From contig OX597839.1 in NCBI GenBank assembly GCA_951406725.2, positions 2,170,001-2,234,000 of the forward strand: DNA of 64,000 bases, read 5' to 3'. The stretch is from Octopus vulgaris (taxonomy: Eukaryota). Positions 59,939-64,000 of this stretch are shown here, piece by piece. The notes under the pieces are model-generated. The model was not told where the DNA came from. It saw nothing but the letters and a program-made list of their open reading frames with translations, and did not search any database. A program made the position numbers and the translations under genes. Each line of letters begins with the position of its first letter. Position 1 is the first letter of the stretch.

Positions 59939-60350
59939 CTATTTCTTTATTACCCACAAGGGGCTAAACATAGAGGGGACAAACAAGGACAGACATAGGT
60001 ATTAAGTCGATTACATCGACTCCAGTGCGTAACTGGTACTTAATTTATCGACCCCGAAAGGACGAAAGGCAAAGTCGACCTCGGCGGAATTTGAACTCAC
60101 AACGTAACGGCAGACGAAATACCTATTTCTTTATTACCCACAAGGGGCTAAACACAGAGGGGACAAACAAGGACAGACATAGGTATTAAGTCGATTACAT
60201 CGACCCCAGTGCGTAACTGGTACTTAATTTATCGACCCCGGAAAGATGAAAGGCAAAGTAGACCTCGGCGGAATTTGAACTCACAACGTAACGGCAGACG
60301 AAATACCGCTAAGCATTTCGCCCGGCGTGCTAACGCTTCTGCCAGTTCGT
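59939..60350 (-). mobile_element. SINE-B tandem dimer
   Basis: Two near-identical units; junction gacgaaatacctatttc. Confidence 0.9.
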
Positions 60351-61156
60351 CGAATACCATAATGGTAGGGGACCGATAAATGCTTCATTATTATTACCCT
60401 CTGTAGTTTTGGACTGCAGGTGCAATTAGCCCTGCGCAGGAGTTAGCTTAAAAGTGCGCATGGAGTACGGCTTTTAAACTAGTCCACTAATATATCTGTT
60501 CCATCAGGACTGATTTGACTTTTGTAGAACAACTTCAACAGCAACAACAACAAAAACAATAACAAAAACAACAACAGCAGAAATAGTAACAACAACAAAA
60601 GCAACAACGGCACTTTTTTCAATGGGAAGATCACGGTTGGATTGAAACATCTCTTCTTGTCTTTGTTCAGTCCAAGTTGAACTGCAACAGCAGTAAAATG
60701 AACAACAACAACAACGACAACAACAATAACAACACCATGACCCAACATGAGTCGGAACACGTGTCAACGAGAAAGCTTCGAAGAGGTCGAACGACTTGCT
60801 AGAAATAGTAGCCACATGTTTCTTAAATTAGATTAACAAGTAAAACAAAATCACACATACACGCATTAGATATTGCAGTCCTGGACATATGTTTTAATGA
60901 GTAAAAAAAAAAAAAATTGCATGGTCACCGTTGGAACGTCTACGGTCGTCGTTAGGCTCGATCAAAACTAACCTAGGGCTATAAGAACAATAACAGAAAC
61001 CAAATGCATGTATCTACATATGTATTTCGTTAACATACATTTACTCAAATACATACACGCGTGCACACGCGTACTCCACTCCCCACTGACATATATAGGT
61101 ATATATGTGTATATGTATGCATATATGTGTATGTATATAAGTATATGAATATATAT

Positions 61157-61197
<41 letters not shown>

Positions 61198-61203
61198 TGT
61201 GTG

Positions 61204-61240
<37 letters not shown>

Positions 61241-61632
61241 ATGTATGCATATGTGTATGTATATAAGTATATAAATATATATATACATATATATATATGT
61301 GTGTGTGTGTGTGTGTATGTATGCATATATGTGTATGTATGCATATATGTGTATGTATATAAGTATATGAATATATATATACATATATATATACATATAT
61401 ATGTATATATATATGCATATATATATACATCAAAATCATCAAATCATCATCATCATCATATATATATTTGCATATATATATATATTCATATATATTCTTA
61501 TATATACACACTCATGCGCACAAACACACACAAACACACATACACGCATATATATATATATATATATATTTATTATATAGAAGGAGCTTCTACAGGACTA
61601 GAACTGTTTCATTCAAGAGAAATCCCGGGACC

Positions 61633-61692
<60 letters not shown>

Positions 61693-62237
61693 TACATATG
61701 CACACACACACACACACACACGCGCGCATACATCAGCGTGCGCGTGCAAAACACGAATAGCACGCGCGCACACACACACGCAAACATACAACCACAACAA
61801 GAACAACAACAACAACAAAATGTTCAGCAAAGACTAACCTGGCTCTAAACAACAAGAACAACAAGCATCACCAACAACAACAACAACAACAACATCAATA
61901 ATAATAATAATAACAATCAACGCTTCTGTTAAAGAATATAATTCGTTTGCCTTACCCCAGATTCCAAGTCGTGGTCTTCACGCCTGCCTTTGTACTCCTA
62001 CTGCGCCTTCTACTCCTTCTACTCCTCCTTTCCTCCTACTCCTATTACTCTGCCTTGTCATCGTCGTCGTTGTCACTGTTGTTGGTGTCGGAGGTGGTGG
62101 TGGTGGTGGTGGTGGTGGTGCTGTTCACGTGTTACCTGTTGTGCAGTTGTTGGTGTGTGTCTCACCTTGATAAGAAAAGGACAAGAGACACAGGTAAACA
62201 AACAAAGCAAAGGAATAAAGGAATAACTTAGTACTGA

Positions 62238-62800
62238 GGTGCAGGAGTGGCCGTGTGGTAAAGAAGCTTGCGCTTCCCAACCACATGGTTCCGGGTTTAG
62301 TCCCACTTCATGACACCGAGGGCAAGTATCTTCTGCTATAGCCTCGGACCGACCAAAGCCTTGTGGGTGGATTTGGTAGACGGAAACTGAAGGAAGCCCG
62401 TCATATACACACACAGATATATTTATTTATTTACTACCCACAAGGGGCTAAACACAGAGGGGACAAACAAGGACAGACAAAGGGATTAAGTCGATTACAT
62501 CGACCCCAGTGCGTAACTGGTACTTAATTTATCGACCCCGAGAAGATGAAAGGCAAAGTCGACCTCGGCGGAATTTGAACTCAGAACGTAACACACATAT
62601 ATATATAGCTATATAGATATCTATATATTGTGTGTCTGTGCTTGACAACTGTAACTTAGCGGTTCAACCAAAGTTGTTCAACCAAAGTGATTAATAGAAT
62701 AAGTACTAGGCTTACAAAGAATAAGTCCTGGGATCGATTTGTTTGACTGAAAGGTGGTGCTCCAGCATGGCCGGAGTCAAATGACTGAAACAAATAAAAG
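62238..62800 (+). mobile_element. SINE-A with a SINE-B body (62425-62590, minus) nested in its microsatellite
   Basis: Family motifs. Confidence 0.85.
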
Positions 62801-63094
62801 AAAAAAAGAAAAGACAACTGAATTAAAGAAACTGTGTTTTTTTTTTTTATTTTGCACAATCAATGACAAAGTGATTTTATACAGGTGAGAGTAGGTTCAT
62901 GCGCGCTCACATACACACACACACACACACATACACACACACACACACACACATACACACACACACACACACATACACACACACACACACGCATACACGC
63001 AAGCATATACACGCACATATATGTACTTATATATGTATACGGAAACTTCGAAAACAATTTCTTTAAGTTCACTTGCACACACGTGTTTGTGTGT

Positions 63095-63340
63095 ATGCGT
63101 GGCTTAGTGGTTAGGGTGTCAGCACCATGATCGTGAGATTGTGGTTTCGATTCCTGAACCGGGCGACGCATTGTGTTCTTGAGCAAAATACTTTCATTTC
63201 ACGTTGCTCCAGTCCACTCAGCTGGCAAAAATGAGTAACGCTGCGATGGACTGGCATCCCGTCCAGCTTGGGAACACATACGCCATAGAAACTGGGAAAC
63301 CGGGCCCATGAGCCTGGCTAGGCTTTAAAAGGGCGCATTT
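63095..63340 (+). mobile_element. SINE-D (tRNA head, V/Meta-like core)
   Basis: tggcttagtggttagg, ggtttcgattcc, ctgcgatggactggcatcccgtcc. Confidence 0.8.
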
Positions 63341-63827
63341 ATATATATTTATTTAGTATACATGTATGTGTATGTTTCTATATATAATATACATATTTAT
63401 AACTACATTTATATACGCACATGCATACACTCACACGCGCACACACACACACACACATACATGTATATTTGTAAATACATACACACGGACACAATATAGA
63501 CACGCACACACATACACGTACATATGCATATATATACTCGCACACTTTTATTTGTTTTATATGTGTGTGTGTGTGTATATATAATATATGTGTGATTGTA
63601 TTTGTATATATATATATATATGTATATATGTATATAAATGTACTTGCATGTGTGTATATACATGTGTGTGTGAGTGTGTGCGTGTGAGTGTGTGCGTGTG
63701 TGTGTGCGTGTGTGTGTGCGTGTGTGTGTGTGTGTTGTGGTCGTCGCCGTAGTGTCAGAGACGTGATATTGCTGGTATTGGTTGATCGTGATGGTTATAG
63801 TGGTGGTGGTGGTGGTGGTAGTGGTAG

Positions 63828-63877
<50 letters not shown>

Positions 63878-64000
63878 TATGGTGGTTATGGTGCTGGCTA
63901 TAGTGTTCGTCTGCGATAATTGGAATGTCGAGTGCGTGACAGTCAAGCCTCACATTAACATTTCATGTTTTCACTCTGAGGAACAAATGAAAGGTAAACA

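Noticed and set aside
59660-60482. Possible Helitron-like element hosting the SINE-B dimer
   Set aside because: The ctgtctgtcc start and final CTAG are suggestive, but there is no clear terminal hairpin or second copy

Overview
Eukaryotic, extremely microsatellite- and retroposon-rich DNA. The SINE families and composition suggest an octopus/coleoid genome; this is an inference from memory, not a database match. Nearly all ORFs in the track are translations of simple repeats. Only one credible host coding exon is visible: a minus-strand, ATG-containing exon at 9882-10036 encoding a signal-peptide-like N-terminus, so much of the window is probably intronic or upstream sequence of one large gene. 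The rest is four tRNA-derived SINE families (labelled A-D here), LINE relics (CR1/L2, RTE, Tx1/L1, Dong/R4), mariner, Helitron, MITEs and Penelope-like repeats carrying minimal hammerhead ribozymes. Best leads: (1) LINE-SINE partner pairs readable from shared 3' tails, Tx1-like with SINE-B and CR1/L2-like with SINE-A; (2) SINE-B tandem units with a fixed junction and a GGTATT target bias; (3) hammerheads, including a family with a variant CUGUNGA core; (4) retroelements partitioned between (TA)n and (TAA)n targets; (5) recurrent (TA)n-centred fold-back duplications, up to a 1.4-kb palindrome.
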